The notes under the pieces were generated by a model. It had not been told where the DNA came from. It saw nothing but the letters and a program-made list of their open reading frames with translations, and made no database searches. This document shows, in pieces, positions 1-9,195 of a stretch of DNA of 47,437 bases; the first letter of the stretch is position 1; each line of letters begins with the position of its first letter. Source of the DNA: Pseudomonadota bacterium (lineage in GTDB: Bacteria > Pseudomonadota > Gammaproteobacteria > Thiomicrospirales > Thiomicrospiraceae); assembly GCA_051746325.1 (NCBI GenBank), contig JBNJEY010000001.1, positions 1 to 47,437 of the forward strand, given 5' to 3'. Made by a program: the position numbers and the translations under genes.

Positions 1-93
1 GATGGGCGTTTACACAATATGAATGTCACAGTGGATAATGGAGACGATGCCGAAAGATTAACGCTTCGCCAAGATCTAAGTAAGCCGTGTTAA
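1..93 (+). CDS. 3' end of an unidentified gene (partial; DGRLHNMNVTVDNGDDAERLTLRQDLSKPC*)
   Basis: Frame 1 is open from the window edge to TAA at 91-93, followed by a hairpin; product not recognisable. Confidence 0.45.
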   Translation, partial: DGRLHNMNVTVDNGDDAERLTLRQDLSKPC

Positions 94-104
94 TTAACCT
101 TTCT

Positions 105-120
105 CTCACACCTTTGTGAG
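105..120. terminator. Short hairpin between convergent genes
   Basis: CTCACA-cctt-TGTGAG inverted repeat. Confidence 0.3.
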
Positions 121-151
121 GGATAAGCAAGCCTCGCTGATACATACCTTT

Positions 152-559
152 TTAGGCCTTCTTACCCAGCCGCAAGACTTCAAGCATTAATAAGTGCTGT
201 GAGGAGTCTTCTATTAAAGGCTCGCCGAGGTGACGTTGATTTATCTGGTTTAACTGACTGAAGTAAACATTCCTTAACCAAGTTTTACGAAACCCAATCA
301 GATCGAACTCTTTGGTGGCAAAATTATAAAAACGATCCGCCATGCCTGTTGGCTTAGAGAAGACGACATCAGCGGCTTCCATCGCTTCTACCTCATGAGA
401 GCGTCCACTAAAATCACTTGCACCTGCAATAGCTGATACAAAGTCAGGCATCTCTCCATTGCTTCTGCGAACCCAGTCATCTAAATCAAATTGTACGCTG
501 GGTTCAAAGCACTGGCCTTGGTAGTCGAAAGTGATTGTCGCCGTGATTGTATTTGCCAT
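152..559 (-). CDS. Hypothetical protein (135 aa)
   Basis: ATG start with AAGAGA-type RBS, natural amino-acid composition, fills the gap with no competing long ORF; no function recognised. Confidence 0.8.
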   Translation of the reverse strand: MANTITATITFDYQGQCFEPSVQFDLDDWVRRSNGEMPDFVSAIAGASDFSGRSHEVEAMEAADVVFSKPTGMADRFYNFATKEFDLIGFRKTWLRNVYFSQLNQINQRHLGEPLIEDSSQHLLMLEVLRLGKKA

Positions 560-717
560 ATTTCATCTCTTAAATATTCGGTTCTTATTTACTGGATTTT
601 AATGCCTACTTAAAATCCTACTTTAAACTTTACGGAGATAATGGTAGCATTCTAAGGTTTGTTAAGGGTTATTGTGTACGTAAAATGGTGAAAATACATC
701 TTAAATAGGAGTAAGGC

Positions 718-1290
718 ATGGCGGTTTTGATTGAAGGGTATTCAGTACTAATAAATAAGGCTAATGTAGCCCAAAAAGCAGACGCTTTATCGCTATTAAA
801 CTCGGTTGAAAGTACGTTACATCCTATGGCAATTTGCTCAGACAGTCAGTTACTGCGTGTTGGTTTTATGGATTTAAAACAAGCCAATGAGTTTGTCGCT
901 ATTTTAGAAGCGGCTGGGCTAGTTTATAAGGTTACAGATAAAAAGGTTGCAGAGACAGAACATGCCCAGGATATGGTGATGGTGACCCAGTTTGGTGAGC
1001 TTGATGTTGTCTGTCCATGGTTAAAGATTCAGTTTACCAAGCTAAAAGATAACACTCTAATTTGTTTAGCCAGTGTGAATGGTGCAGAGCCAGTCAAGGA
1101 TGTGGCTTTTCCAAAAGGTTGGACGTTAGAGCTTTCTCTACTAAAACGTTTTTATGAAGAGCGCACTCACTACATGGCCGAAAATTATGAGTTGGTGAGA
1201 CAAGAACCAAGGCATGATGTTTATAGGCATAAAGAGACTGGTAAAGAGGTGCGCTTGCTTAAGCTTGCCATGACTGAAGAGAGTTCTTAA
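718..1290 (+). CDS. Hypothetical protein (190 aa)
   Basis: AGGAG RBS at 707-711, long ORF; no function recognised. Confidence 0.85.
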   Translation: MAVLIEGYSVLINKANVAQKADALSLLNSVESTLHPMAICSDSQLLRVGFMDLKQANEFVAILEAAGLVYKVTDKKVAETEHAQDMVMVTQFGELDVVCPWLKIQFTKLKDNTLICLASVNGAEPVKDVAFPKGWTLELSLLKRFYEERTHYMAENYELVRQEPRHDVYRHKETGKEVRLLKLAMTEESS

Positions 1291-1305
1291 CCGCAAAGAT
1301 ACGTG

Positions 1306-1317
1306 GCCAGGGCTGGT
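1306..1317. repeat. Degenerate copy of 12-bp palindrome (GCCAGGGCTGGT, 2 mismatches)
   Basis: Lies between convergent stops; dyad symmetry extends to tgGCCAGGGCTGGTca. Confidence 0.5.
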
Positions 1318-1331
1318 CAAGTAATATTATC

Positions 1332-1988
1332 TTATATAATCCAATTGTTAATAACAATCGCTTGGCCATTCTTGGCATAATCAAGCTCAAAAATGGGTAT
1401 ATTGGTAAAGTCTTCCATGCCTAAAGCATAATTGGCTGAGGTTAGCGTATTGGGTTTGACGTGGTTTACGATAATGCTGTGTAAGTCTAATCCGGCCTGT
1501 TCAATCGCTGCAATAGTCAATAAAGCTTGGTTAATGCAGCCAAGTCGGTTGGCGACCACTAAAATAACCTGATAGGCCAATTCAGCCGCCAAATCTTTAT
1601 TTAATCCGTCTAGGGTCAGTGGTGAATAGAATCCACCTGCGCCTTCTACTAGAGCAAATTCATTATCAGGCACGTCACAGGCTTTAACTAAGTCACTTAT
1701 CTTAATGTCTAGGTTAGCTTGTTTAATGGCGGTGTGAGGAGATATCGCGGGTTCAAACTGATAGGGGCAGATAGTTTGTAAGGTGTCTTTTGTATTCGTT
1801 GATTGTTGTAAAAACAGGGCATCTTCAGATAATAATGAACCATCCGTTTGCACTAAGCATCCTGAAGCAATCGGTTTTCTAGGCGCGACCGTGAAACCTT
1901 GTTCTCTGAGGCTTAAAGCGATGCAGCCAGCGACATAGGTTTTACCCACATCGGTGTCAGTACCGGTAATAAAAAGACCCATCTTCAA
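1332..1988 (-). CDS. bioD: Dethiobiotin synthase
   Basis: FITGTDTDVGKT P-loop, KPIASG, VEGAGG and LGCINQALLT motifs; start is TTG 1988 or ATG 1982. Confidence 0.97.
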   Translation of the reverse strand: MKMGLFITGTDTDVGKTYVAGCIALSLREQGFTVAPRKPIASGCLVQTDGSLLSEDALFLQQSTNTKDTLQTICPYQFEPAISPHTAIKQANLDIKISDLVKACDVPDNEFALVEGAGGFYSPLTLDGLNKDLAAELAYQVILVVANRLGCINQALLTIAAIEQAGLDLHSIIVNHVKPNTLTSANYALGMEDFTNIPIFELDYAKNGQAIVINNWII

Positions 1989-1999
1989 GAGGCACCTCG

Positions 2000-2011
2000 A
2001 CCAGGTCTGGT
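2000..2011. repeat. 12-bp palindrome variant ACCAGGTCTGGT (1 mismatch)
   Basis: In the purC-bioD gap, next to the bioD RBS. Confidence 0.7.
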
Positions 2012-2043
2012 GGGTTTATTCAGAGCGTAATAAGCTAAAGGCA

Positions 2044-2934
2044 TTATAGGTTTTCAGTTAAACGTGCTTGGGCTTCTTGATATTTTTCGAAAGTTTGTGC
2101 CACAACATTCTCTGGAAGTTCAGGGGCTGTATTGGGGTTTTTATCCCAATCAAGGCTTTCAAGGTAATCTCGAATATATTGTTTATCGAAACTTGGTGGA
2201 TTCTTACCAACTTGATAACTTGAAGCGGGCCAAAAACGTGAGCTGTCTGGTGTCAAAGCTTCATCAATTAAATAAATAACGCCGTTTTCATCTTCCCCAA
2301 ACTCAAACTTGGTATCCGCGATAATAATGCCTCGCTCTAAGGCGAATTCAGAAGCCGCCGCATAAAGTTTTAAGCTCAAATCACGGACTTTTTCAGACTT
2401 TTCAGATCCCATAATGTCGACTAATTGTTCAAAGCTAATATTCTCATCATGGTCGCCCTGTGCCGCTTTCGTCGAGGGTGTAAACAGTGGCTTAGGTAGT
2501 TTTTCAGCGAGCTGCATGCCTTTTTTAAGCGGAATGCCACAGACGCTTTGGCTCTTTTGGTACTCTTTCCAACCTGATCCAACGAGATAACCGCGAACAA
2601 TCGCCTCGACTGGTAGAGGTTTAAGTTTGCGGACAATCATGCCGCGACCATCAAGTTGTTGCAGTTCTTCAGGGGTTAAATAATCCGCTAAAGCCATCTC
2701 GGGTGCCAGTTGATTTGGAACAATGTGCCGCATCTTGTTCATCCAGAATTGTGGCATTTCGGTCAAGATGCGACCTTTACCAGGGATAGGTGTTGGCAAT
2801 ACGGCATCAAAAGCGGAGATACGATCGGTGGTCACGATCAATAAATGACGCTCATCAATGTCATAGATATCACGCACCTTGCCCCTGGTAATTAAAGGTA
2901 GGCTAGTCAGGTTTGATTCATAAAGAGGTTGCAT
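2044..2934 (-). CDS. purC: SAICAR synthetase
   Basis: GKVRDIY, TDRISAFD, FTPSTKA, IIADTKFEFG, LTPDSSRFW and DKQYIRD motifs. Confidence 0.98.
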   Translation of the reverse strand: MQPLYESNLTSLPLITRGKVRDIYDIDERHLLIVTTDRISAFDAVLPTPIPGKGRILTEMPQFWMNKMRHIVPNQLAPEMALADYLTPEELQQLDGRGMIVRKLKPLPVEAIVRGYLVGSGWKEYQKSQSVCGIPLKKGMQLAEKLPKPLFTPSTKAAQGDHDENISFEQLVDIMGSEKSEKVRDLSLKLYAAASEFALERGIIIADTKFEFGEDENGVIYLIDEALTPDSSRFWPASSYQVGKNPPSFDKQYIRDYLESLDWDKNPNTAPELPENVVAQTFEKYQEAQARLTENL

Positions 2935-2947
2935 AGCGGATTCCTAT

Positions 2948-3421
2948 CTAATCGAGGTCTGTTGGTCGTCTATTTATAGTGTATGGATACTTCAAATGGC
3001 CGTATCGTAAGACTAGAGTAGAGATCGTGATTAAGAAGATAGTGACAGCAATTGCAATCATCTGCCATTCTGAAAGATCCTTCATATCTAAAATCAAGAA
3101 TCGTGCTAAGGCGACAATGGCGATATACATCGGCAGTCTAACAGGCAGTTTTCCAGACTCTAAATAGATGGCGACCATCGCCAAAACTTCTAGATATAAA
3201 AATAGCAATAGTAAGTCGCCGAGCGTCACCGAGCCAAGAATGAACATGTGATGAACCGCTTCATAGCCGGCAACAACCGTGGCAATCGCAATAATTACGA
3301 GGCCTATAAATTCAACCTTGCGAATGGCCTTTTTGAATAACTTTTCAGCCAGCGGGATCTTCTGAGGGGTTACGGGAATAGACATCTCTTTGTTTGGGGC
3401 AGTGGGTGTTTCTGCTGTCAT
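2948..3421 (-). CDS. PsiE-family (phosphate-starvation-inducible E-like) membrane protein
   Basis: Four hydrophobic segments with DLLLLFLYLE and P..YIAIVALAR motifs; start moved to ATG 3421, which has an AAGGA RBS. Confidence 0.85.
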   Translation of the reverse strand: MTAETPTAPNKEMSIPVTPQKIPLAEKLFKKAIRKVEFIGLVIIAIATVVAGYEAVHHMFILGSVTLGDLLLLFLYLEVLAMVAIYLESGKLPVRLPMYIAIVALARFLILDMKDLSEWQMIAIAVTIFLITISTLVLRYGHLKYPYTINRRPTDLD

Positions 3422-3540
3422 ATTACGTTCCTTGCTGAAATGTTTTTTTGAAAACCGGATTGTCGCCAAATGCTCGTTATATTGAACAGTTAGGCGGGAC
3501 TCATCAAAAATGGACTTACGATGGTTTTTTGTCCTATTTT

Positions 3541-3569
3541 TTGCCCATTCTAATAGATACTGGTAAAAT
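3541..3569 (+). promoter_or_regulatory. Putative sigma70 promoter of rpe
   Basis: TTGCCC-17-TAAAAT with TG extension. Confidence 0.55.
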
Positions 3570-3613
3570 GCACGAATTATTTTTTTAATCGTTTATAGAT
3601 ATAAAGGTGTTTA

Positions 3614-4321
3614 ATGATGGCTAAGCAACAAAATTGGATCGCTCCTTCAATCTTATCTGCAGATTTCGCGCAGTTAGGAACCGATGTTAAAGATGTGATT
3701 GCATCCGGTGCAGACGTCGTTCACTTTGATGTGATGGACAATCACTATGTTCCTAACCTCACCATCGGACCATTGGTGTGTGAGTCGCTTAAGAACTTTA
3801 TGGTCAGAGAAGGGATTGATGCGCCAATCGATGTTCATTTAATGGTAAAGCCTGTTGATCGTCTTATCGGTGACTTCGCGGCGGCGGGTGCGGATATTAT
3901 AACGTTCCATCCAGAAGCTTCTGAGCATATCGATGGCTCTTTAGGACTGATTAAAAATGCAGGTTTAAAAGCTGGCTTAGTCTTTAACCCAGCAACCTCT
4001 TTAAGCTATCTTGAGCATGTCATGGATAAAATCGACATGATCTTAATTATGTCTGTAAATCCAGGTTTCGGTGGACAGTCATTTATTGAGCAATCGTTAG
4101 AAAAGCTAAAAATGGCACGTCAGTTAATCGATGCTTCTGGCCGTGATATTCGTTTGGAGATTGATGGCGGTGTTAAGGTTGAAAATATCGCTGATGTAGC
4201 ACGCGCAGGGTGTGATACCTTTGTTTCTGGCTCTGGTATTTTCGGTAAAGCTAATGCCTCTGATGCAAATCGTTACAATACAGTTATTCAGCAAATGCGC
4301 GATGAGTTGGCAAAAGCTTAA
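3614..4321 (+). CDS. rpe: Ribulose-phosphate 3-epimerase
   Basis: [36 protein letters not shown] and EIDGGV motifs. Confidence 0.98.
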   Translation: MMAKQQNWIAPSILSADFAQLGTDVKDVIASGADVVHFDVMDNHYVPNLTIGPLVCESLKNFMVREGIDAPIDVHLMVKPVDRLIGDFAAAGADIITFHPEASEHIDGSLGLIKNAGLKAGLVFNPATSLSYLEHVMDKIDMILIMSVNPGFGGQSFIEQSLEKLKMARQLIDASGRDIRLEIDGGVKVENIADVARAGCDTFVSGSGIFGKANASDANRYNTVIQQMRDELAKA

Positions 4322-4344
4322 GCTCTAATAAGACTGTATCGCAT

Positions 4345-4388
4345 TAACAAAACGCCGGCCTCTTTAGGATGCTGGCGTTTTGTTATTT
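4345..4388 (+). terminator. Intrinsic terminator-like hairpin after rpe
   Basis: TAACAAAACGCCGGC ... GCTGGCGTTTTGTTA inverted repeat with T-rich tail. Confidence 0.7.
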
Positions 4389-4465
4389 AAAAACGTTATG
4401 GATTGAGTGTGCATTAAGCGCATAAGAATAATAAAAAATGGCTACACTAAAAAAGAGTATTAAGA

Positions 4466-5143
4466 ATGGAAAAGTTAAAACCTGGGTTTATCCTGTTTGA
4501 TTTAGATGGTACTTTAATCGATAGCGTACCTGATTTAGCCTATTGCGTTGATGAAATGATGAAGCAACTTGGCATGCCAGTTCGTGGCGAAGATGCCGTA
4601 CGTGACTGGGTGGGTAATGGCGTTCAGCGTTTAACAGAGCGTGCCTTAATTAATGCGGTAGATGGGATGCCTGATCAAGCGCTAATGGATAAAGCGTATC
4701 CAATCTTTCTTGAGTTGTATGCGGAGAACACCTCAAAGCGCAGTCGTGTCTATGACGGTGTTGTTGAAGGGCTTGAATGGGTATTGGAGCAAGGTTACCG
4801 TATTGCATGTGTGACCAATAAGGCAGAAGCCTTTACGATTCCGTTATTGAAGGACAAAGGTCTGTATGATTATTTTGAATTTATTGTATCTGGAGATACT
4901 TGTACCGAGAAGAAGCCACACCCAATGCCTTTGCTACATGCCGCAAAGTTGATGGGTGTTGAGCCTGAAAATGCATTGATGGTGGGGGATTCTCGCTCTG
5001 ATGTTAAAGCGGCCCGCGCTGCAGGGTTCCATATTTTTTGTATGACTTACGGTTATAACCACGGTGAAGATATTCGTGATTACAATCCTGATGTCATTAT
5101 GGACTCTTTTACAGAGTTTAAAGATTATATCCAGGCTAAATAA
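4466..5143 (+). CDS. gph: Phosphoglycolate phosphatase (HAD)
   Basis: FDLDGTLIDSVPDL, VTNK, KKPHP, MVGDSRSD and YGYNHG motifs; rpe-gph-trpE synteny. Confidence 0.96.
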   Translation: MEKLKPGFILFDLDGTLIDSVPDLAYCVDEMMKQLGMPVRGEDAVRDWVGNGVQRLTERALINAVDGMPDQALMDKAYPIFLELYAENTSKRSRVYDGVVEGLEWVLEQGYRIACVTNKAEAFTIPLLKDKGLYDYFEFIVSGDTCTEKKPHPMPLLHAAKLMGVEPENALMVGDSRSDVKAARAAGFHIFCMTYGYNHGEDIRDYNPDVIMDSFTEFKDYIQAK

Positions 5144-5163
5144 TCGCTGAATAATGATTGAAT

Positions 5164-5270
5164 AACAGACTTATCCTGTGCTTACATCGTTTTGTAAAGC
5201 CGCAGGACATGCCCTGTGCTCACGCCATTTGGTAGGATCACAGGATTGACCAGGCCAGGTCTGTTTTTTT
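5164..5270 (+). other. Structured intergenic element: two tandem 38-nt hairpins followed by a terminator-like hairpin and T-run
   Basis: CCTGTGCTYAC at 5175 and 5213; CRCAGGA at 5201 and 5239; GACCAGGCCAGGTC-TGTTTTTTT at 5248-5270; outer AACAGAC/GTCTGTT pairing. Confidence 0.6.
5249..5260. repeat. 12-bp palindrome variant ACCAGGCCAGGT (1 mismatch)
   Basis: Direct reading; forms the hairpin just before the T-run. Confidence 0.65.
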
Positions 5271-5425
5271 GAGAAATCTGTATTAACAGTTAGGTTTATT
5301 ATGAATTTTTTGTCCACATTGTTACTAGAGATTTTTCGCCCCTTACTCTGTTCTATTGCCGGTATTCGCCGTGCAATTTTATTTAAGAAGCTTGAAAAAC
5401 AAGCACACACTAAGGCAGATTCAGA

Positions 5426-6931
5426 ATGAGCAACGCACACTTTGCAAGCTTAGCAAAGCAGGGTTATAACCGAGTCCCCGTTATACGTACTGTATTGTCT
5501 GACTATGACACCCCGTTGAGTGTTTATCATAAGTTAGCCAAGGGCCCTTACTCTTACCTGTTCGAATCCGTTCAAGGCGGAGAGAAGTGGGGGCGTTACT
5601 CAATTATTGGACTACCTTGTCAGAGACGGTTGCTTATTAACGGACATCACATTAAAGAAGTGGTTAATGGTGAAGTGGTTGAGCATCAAGTTGCAGATGA
5701 TCCTTTAGCGTGGATTGAAGCTTATCAAAAGCAGTTTAAGGTTTACGCGCCTTCTGGCATGCCGGTTTTCAGCGGGGGTCTGGTCGGCTACTTTGGTTAC
5801 GACACGATTCGTTTTATCGAGGAACGCCTAAAGAATACGGTGCCAGCAAAAGATGATATCGGTGCACCGGATATTGAACTGTTAGTCTCAGAAGAATTGG
5901 TGGTGTTTGATAATCTGAGTGGTCAAGTACATGTCATTGTGCATGCCGACCTAACCAAAACCGATGGCGAAGCTTCGGCCTTGATCCGTTTAGATGAGAT
6001 CAGCGCGAAATTAAATCAGCCAATGCCGGTGCCCGTTGATGCACCGAGTGCCAAGCAGATTACCGAAGCCGATTTTCATTCAAGTTTTGGTGAAGAGGCC
6101 TTTAAGCAAGCCGTCGCAAAAGTACAAGAGTATATCTTGGCGGGTGACGCTATGCAGGTGGTTATCTCACAGCAAATGTCAGTCAAATTTGACGATGAGC
6201 CAATGGATTTATACCGTGCACTACGTCACCTCAATCCATCGCCCTATATGTTCTTTATGGATATGGGTGATTTGCAGATTGTTGGCTCTTCGCCAGAAAT
6301 TTTAGTGCGCCTAGAAGACGAGCAAGTCACTGTGCGTCCCATTGCCGGAACCCGCCGTCGTGGCGTCACCCATGAAAGCGATCTGGCTTTAGAGCAAGAG
6401 TTGTTAAATGACCCTAAAGAACTTGCAGAGCATCTGATGTTAATTGATTTAGGACGTAACGACGTTGGACGTATTGCACAAATTGGTTCAGTTGAATTGA
6501 CGGAGAAGATGGTTGTCGAGCGTTATTCACATGTCATGCATATCGTCTCTAATGTAAATGCGAAAATCAAGCCGGGCATGAGTGCGATGGATGTTTTACG
6601 CGCCACCTTCCCCGCTGGAACCGTCTCTGGGGCACCGAAAATACGTGCCATGGAAATTATTGATGAGCTCGAGCCCGTTAAGCGTGGTATCTATGCAGGT
6701 GCCGTGGGCTATCTAGGTTGGCATGGCAATATGGATACCGCGATTGCGATTCGTACTGCAGTGATTAAAGACAAGACCCTGTTTGTCCAAGCAGGAGCGG
6801 GCATTGTCGCCGATTCAGTACCACAGCTTGAGTGGGATGAGACTATGAATAAAGGCCGTGCTATTTTCAAGGCGGCAGAGTTTGTGACCAATGGCCTGCA
6901 GACCACCAATTCAAAAGCAAGCCATAAATAG
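5426..6931 (+). CDS. trpE: Anthranilate synthase component I
   Basis: [40 protein letters not shown] and [11 protein letters not shown] motifs. Confidence 0.97.
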   Translation: MSNAHFASLAKQGYNRVPVIRTVLSDYDTPLSVYHKLAKGPYSYLFESVQGGEKWGRYSIIGLPCQRRLLINGHHIKEVVNGEVVEHQVADDPLAWIEAYQKQFKVYAPSGMPVFSGGLVGYFGYDTIRFIEERLKNTVPAKDDIGAPDIELLVSEELVVFDNLSGQVHVIVHADLTKTDGEASALIRLDEISAKLNQPMPVPVDAPSAKQITEADFHSSFGEEAFKQAVAKVQEYILAGDAMQVVISQQMSVKFDDEPMDLYRALRHLNPSPYMFFMDMGDLQIVGSSPEILVRLEDEQVTVRPIAGTRRRGVTHESDLALEQELLNDPKELAEHLMLIDLGRNDVGRIAQIGSVELTEKMVVERYSHVMHIVSNVNAKIKPGMSAMDVLRATFPAGTVSGAPKIRAMEIIDELEPVKRGIYAGAVGYLGWHGNMDTAIAIRTAVIKDKTLFVQAGAGIVADSVPQLEWDETMNKGRAIFKAAEFVTNGLQTTNSKASHK

Positions 6932-7004
6932 GCACGGACGTTCGTGCTGATATTGGATCAGTCACGCTCGTACTCATGTTAAATTAATTGGTTTAGGAAA
7001 CAAT

Positions 7005-7589
7005 ATGCTATTAATGATTGATAATTATGACTCTTTTACCTACAACATCGTTCAGTATTTCGGTGAGCTGGGTCAGCATGTCGAAGTGTTTCGTAATGAC
7101 CAGATTACCCTAGAAGAGATCGAAGCTTTAAACCCTGAGTATCTAGTGATTTCACCAGGGCCATGTACGCCAGCAGAGGCAGGCATTTCGGTTGCGGCGA
7201 TTAAATACTTTGCTGGTAAGATTCCAATTATGGGCGTTTGCTTAGGGCATCAAAGTATCGGCCAGGCCTTTGGCGGTCATATTATTCGTGCCAAAGAGGT
7301 CATGCATGGCAAAACGTCTCCGGTTTATCATCAAAATATTGGCATGTTTGCCAACCTGCCTAATCCAGTGATCACGACCCGTTATCACTCATTGGTGATT
7401 GAACAAGAAACGCTACCCAATTGTTTAGAAGTGACAGCGTGGACGCAGAAGGCCAGTGGCGAATTGGATGAGATTATGGGGGTACGTCATAAAAGATTGC
7501 CGATTGAAGGTGTGCAGTTTCACCCAGAGTCTATTTTGACAGAACAAGGTCACCAGATGCTAAGGAATTTTCTTGAACAGAATGCTTAA
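7005..7589 (+). CDS. trpG: Anthranilate synthase component II (glutamine amidotransferase)
   Basis: [23 protein letters not shown] and QFHPES motifs; lies between trpE and trpD. Confidence 0.95.
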   Translation: MLLMIDNYDSFTYNIVQYFGELGQHVEVFRNDQITLEEIEALNPEYLVISPGPCTPAEAGISVAAIKYFAGKIPIMGVCLGHQSIGQAFGGHIIRAKEVMHGKTSPVYHQNIGMFANLPNPVITTRYHSLVIEQETLPNCLEVTAWTQKASGELDEIMGVRHKRLPIEGVQFHPESILTEQGHQMLRNFLEQNA

Positions 7590-7644
7590 TAGCGATTATT
7601 AGCGCTTATTTTTAACTTATAAATCAACTTGGACAGCTTATCTC

Positions 7645-8673
7645 ATGGAACTGAAAGCGGCACTTGAACAACTCCTAGAAAGACATGACTTAACTGCAGA
7701 TCAAATGGAATCGGTCATGCATAAGTTAATGTCGGGTAAAGCGACGTCTGCTCAGATTGGCGCAATCTTAGCCGCTTTGAGAATGAAGGGTGAAACCCTA
7801 GAAGAGATTACGGCCGCTGTTCACGTGATGCGCAGCTTAGCCACACCAGTTCGTTTGGATGATAAATCAAAGTTAGTCGATACCTGTGGAACAGGTGGTG
7901 ATGGTGCCAATACCTTTAATATCTCTACCGCCTGCGCTTTTGTCGTAGCGGCGGCAGGCGGGACGGTTGCCAAACATGGCAATCGTTCAATCTCCAGTAA
8001 ATCGGGGAGTGCGGATGTTTTGGAGGCGGCTGGGGTTGATTTAACCCTTAGCCCCGAGCAGGTTGCTGAATGCATTAATGAAACGGGTGTGGGTTTTATG
8101 TCCGCTCAGGCGCATCATAGCGCGATGCGGCATGTGATTGGGGTGCGCAAAGAGTTAGGGGTTCGTACTATTTTTAATATGCTCGGACCTTTGACCAATC
8201 CTGCCAGTGCCCCTTATCAGGTCATTGGGGTTTATGATAAATCGCTGACAACGGTGTTTGCCAAGGTATTGCAACGTTTAGGGTCAAAACAGGTCATGGT
8301 GGTACACGCAGAAGACGGTTTAGATGAAATCAGTATTGCCAGTCGTACTTGGGTTGCGGAATTAAAAAATGGTGAGGTTACTGAATGGATTATTGACCCT
8401 TCAGAACACGATATGGGTTCTGCCGATTTGGCCGATATCTCGGCCGATTCTGCGCAGGATAGCCTCAATATTATTCGAGCGGTTTTTGCCAATAATGCCA
8501 GCGCCGCTAAGGACATAGTCTGTTTGAATGCGGGTGCATCGCTCTACGTGGCAGGGTTGGCAGATTCCTATGGTGAGGGGGTCGCTCTGGCAGATAAAAT
8601 TATTGCTGATGGACTCGCTCTAAAGAAACTGCATGAGTTTATCGCCAAAACGCAGTCATTTAATAATAGATAG
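7645..8673 (+). CDS. trpD: Anthranilate phosphoribosyltransferase
   Basis: DTCGTGGDGANTFNIST, AKHGNRS, SGSADVLE and GPLTNPA motifs. Confidence 0.98.
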   Translation: MELKAALEQLLERHDLTADQMESVMHKLMSGKATSAQIGAILAALRMKGETLEEITAAVHVMRSLATPVRLDDKSKLVDTCGTGGDGANTFNISTACAFVVAAAGGTVAKHGNRSISSKSGSADVLEAAGVDLTLSPEQVAECINETGVGFMSAQAHHSAMRHVIGVRKELGVRTIFNMLGPLTNPASAPYQVIGVYDKSLTTVFAKVLQRLGSKQVMVVHAEDGLDEISIASRTWVAELKNGEVTEWIIDPSEHDMGSADLADISADSAQDSLNIIRAVFANNASAAKDIVCLNAGASLYVAGLADSYGEGVALADKIIADGLALKKLHEFIAKTQSFNNR

Positions 8674-8680
8674 ATAAAGT

Positions 8681-8694
8681 TACCAGGCCTGGTA
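8681..8694. repeat. Perfect palindrome TACCAGGCCTGGTA (core ACCAGGCCTGGT at 8682-8693)
   Basis: Direct reading; in the 40-bp gap between trpD and the DUF454 gene. Confidence 0.85.
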
Positions 8695-8713
8695 GGTAAA
8701 GGTTCGCTTTATT

Positions 8714-9124
8714 ATGAGTCATATTGTTAAACGCCATTTCTATTTTGTTTTGGGTGGCCTATTTTTTCTACTAGGCTTCGTGGGTGTGCTCTTGCCGATA
8801 GTTCCGACCACCCCCTTTATGATTTTATCTGCAACCTGTTTCGCTAAAAGTTCTCCGCGATTTTACTATGCATTATTAAATAATCGTTGGATAGGTGAAG
8901 ATTTACGTCGCTGGGAAGAGAGTCGAACCATGCAGCGTGTCACGAAAAGAAGAGCGACTTGGGTGATTGGGATAACGTTTACTCTTTCCATACTCCTTCT
9001 CTGGGGAAGTCTAGTATTACAGTTCACATTGCTTGGAATCGCTTTACTGCTACTTTTTTTCTTGGGGCGCGTGGCAGAAGGCGTTGCAAGCGATGTTAAA
9101 AGTCCATTAGACGAACCCTCTTAA
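8714..9124 (+). CDS. YbaN/DUF454-family inner-membrane protein
   Basis: LGFVGVLLPIVPTTPFMILSATCFAKSSPRF signature. Confidence 0.9.
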   Translation: MSHIVKRHFYFVLGGLFFLLGFVGVLLPIVPTTPFMILSATCFAKSSPRFYYALLNNRWIGEDLRRWEESRTMQRVTKRRATWVIGITFTLSILLLWGSLVLQFTLLGIALLLLFFLGRVAEGVASDVKSPLDEPS

Positions 9125-9195
9125 ATGCCCAATTTAATATAAACAACCGCGCATGCAAACTATGCAGAATCAATGACAAAATCAAGGAATCCAAT

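Noticed and set aside
5209-5235. Classical trpL attenuator
   Set aside because: Only one Trp codon, poor RBS spacing and no standard 1:2/2:3/3:4 geometry; kept only as part of the non-canonical element finding
5174-5249. CRISPR-like repeat, c-di-GMP-I riboswitch (GCACAGGGCA on minus strand) or guanidine-II riboswitch
   Set aside because: Only two adjacent units with no spacers or cas genes; no GNRA/receptor architecture and no ACGR loops
5171-5440. 89-aa minus-strand ORF between gph and trpE
   Set aside because: Overlaps the trpE start, no recognisable motif, and coincides with a structured non-coding element
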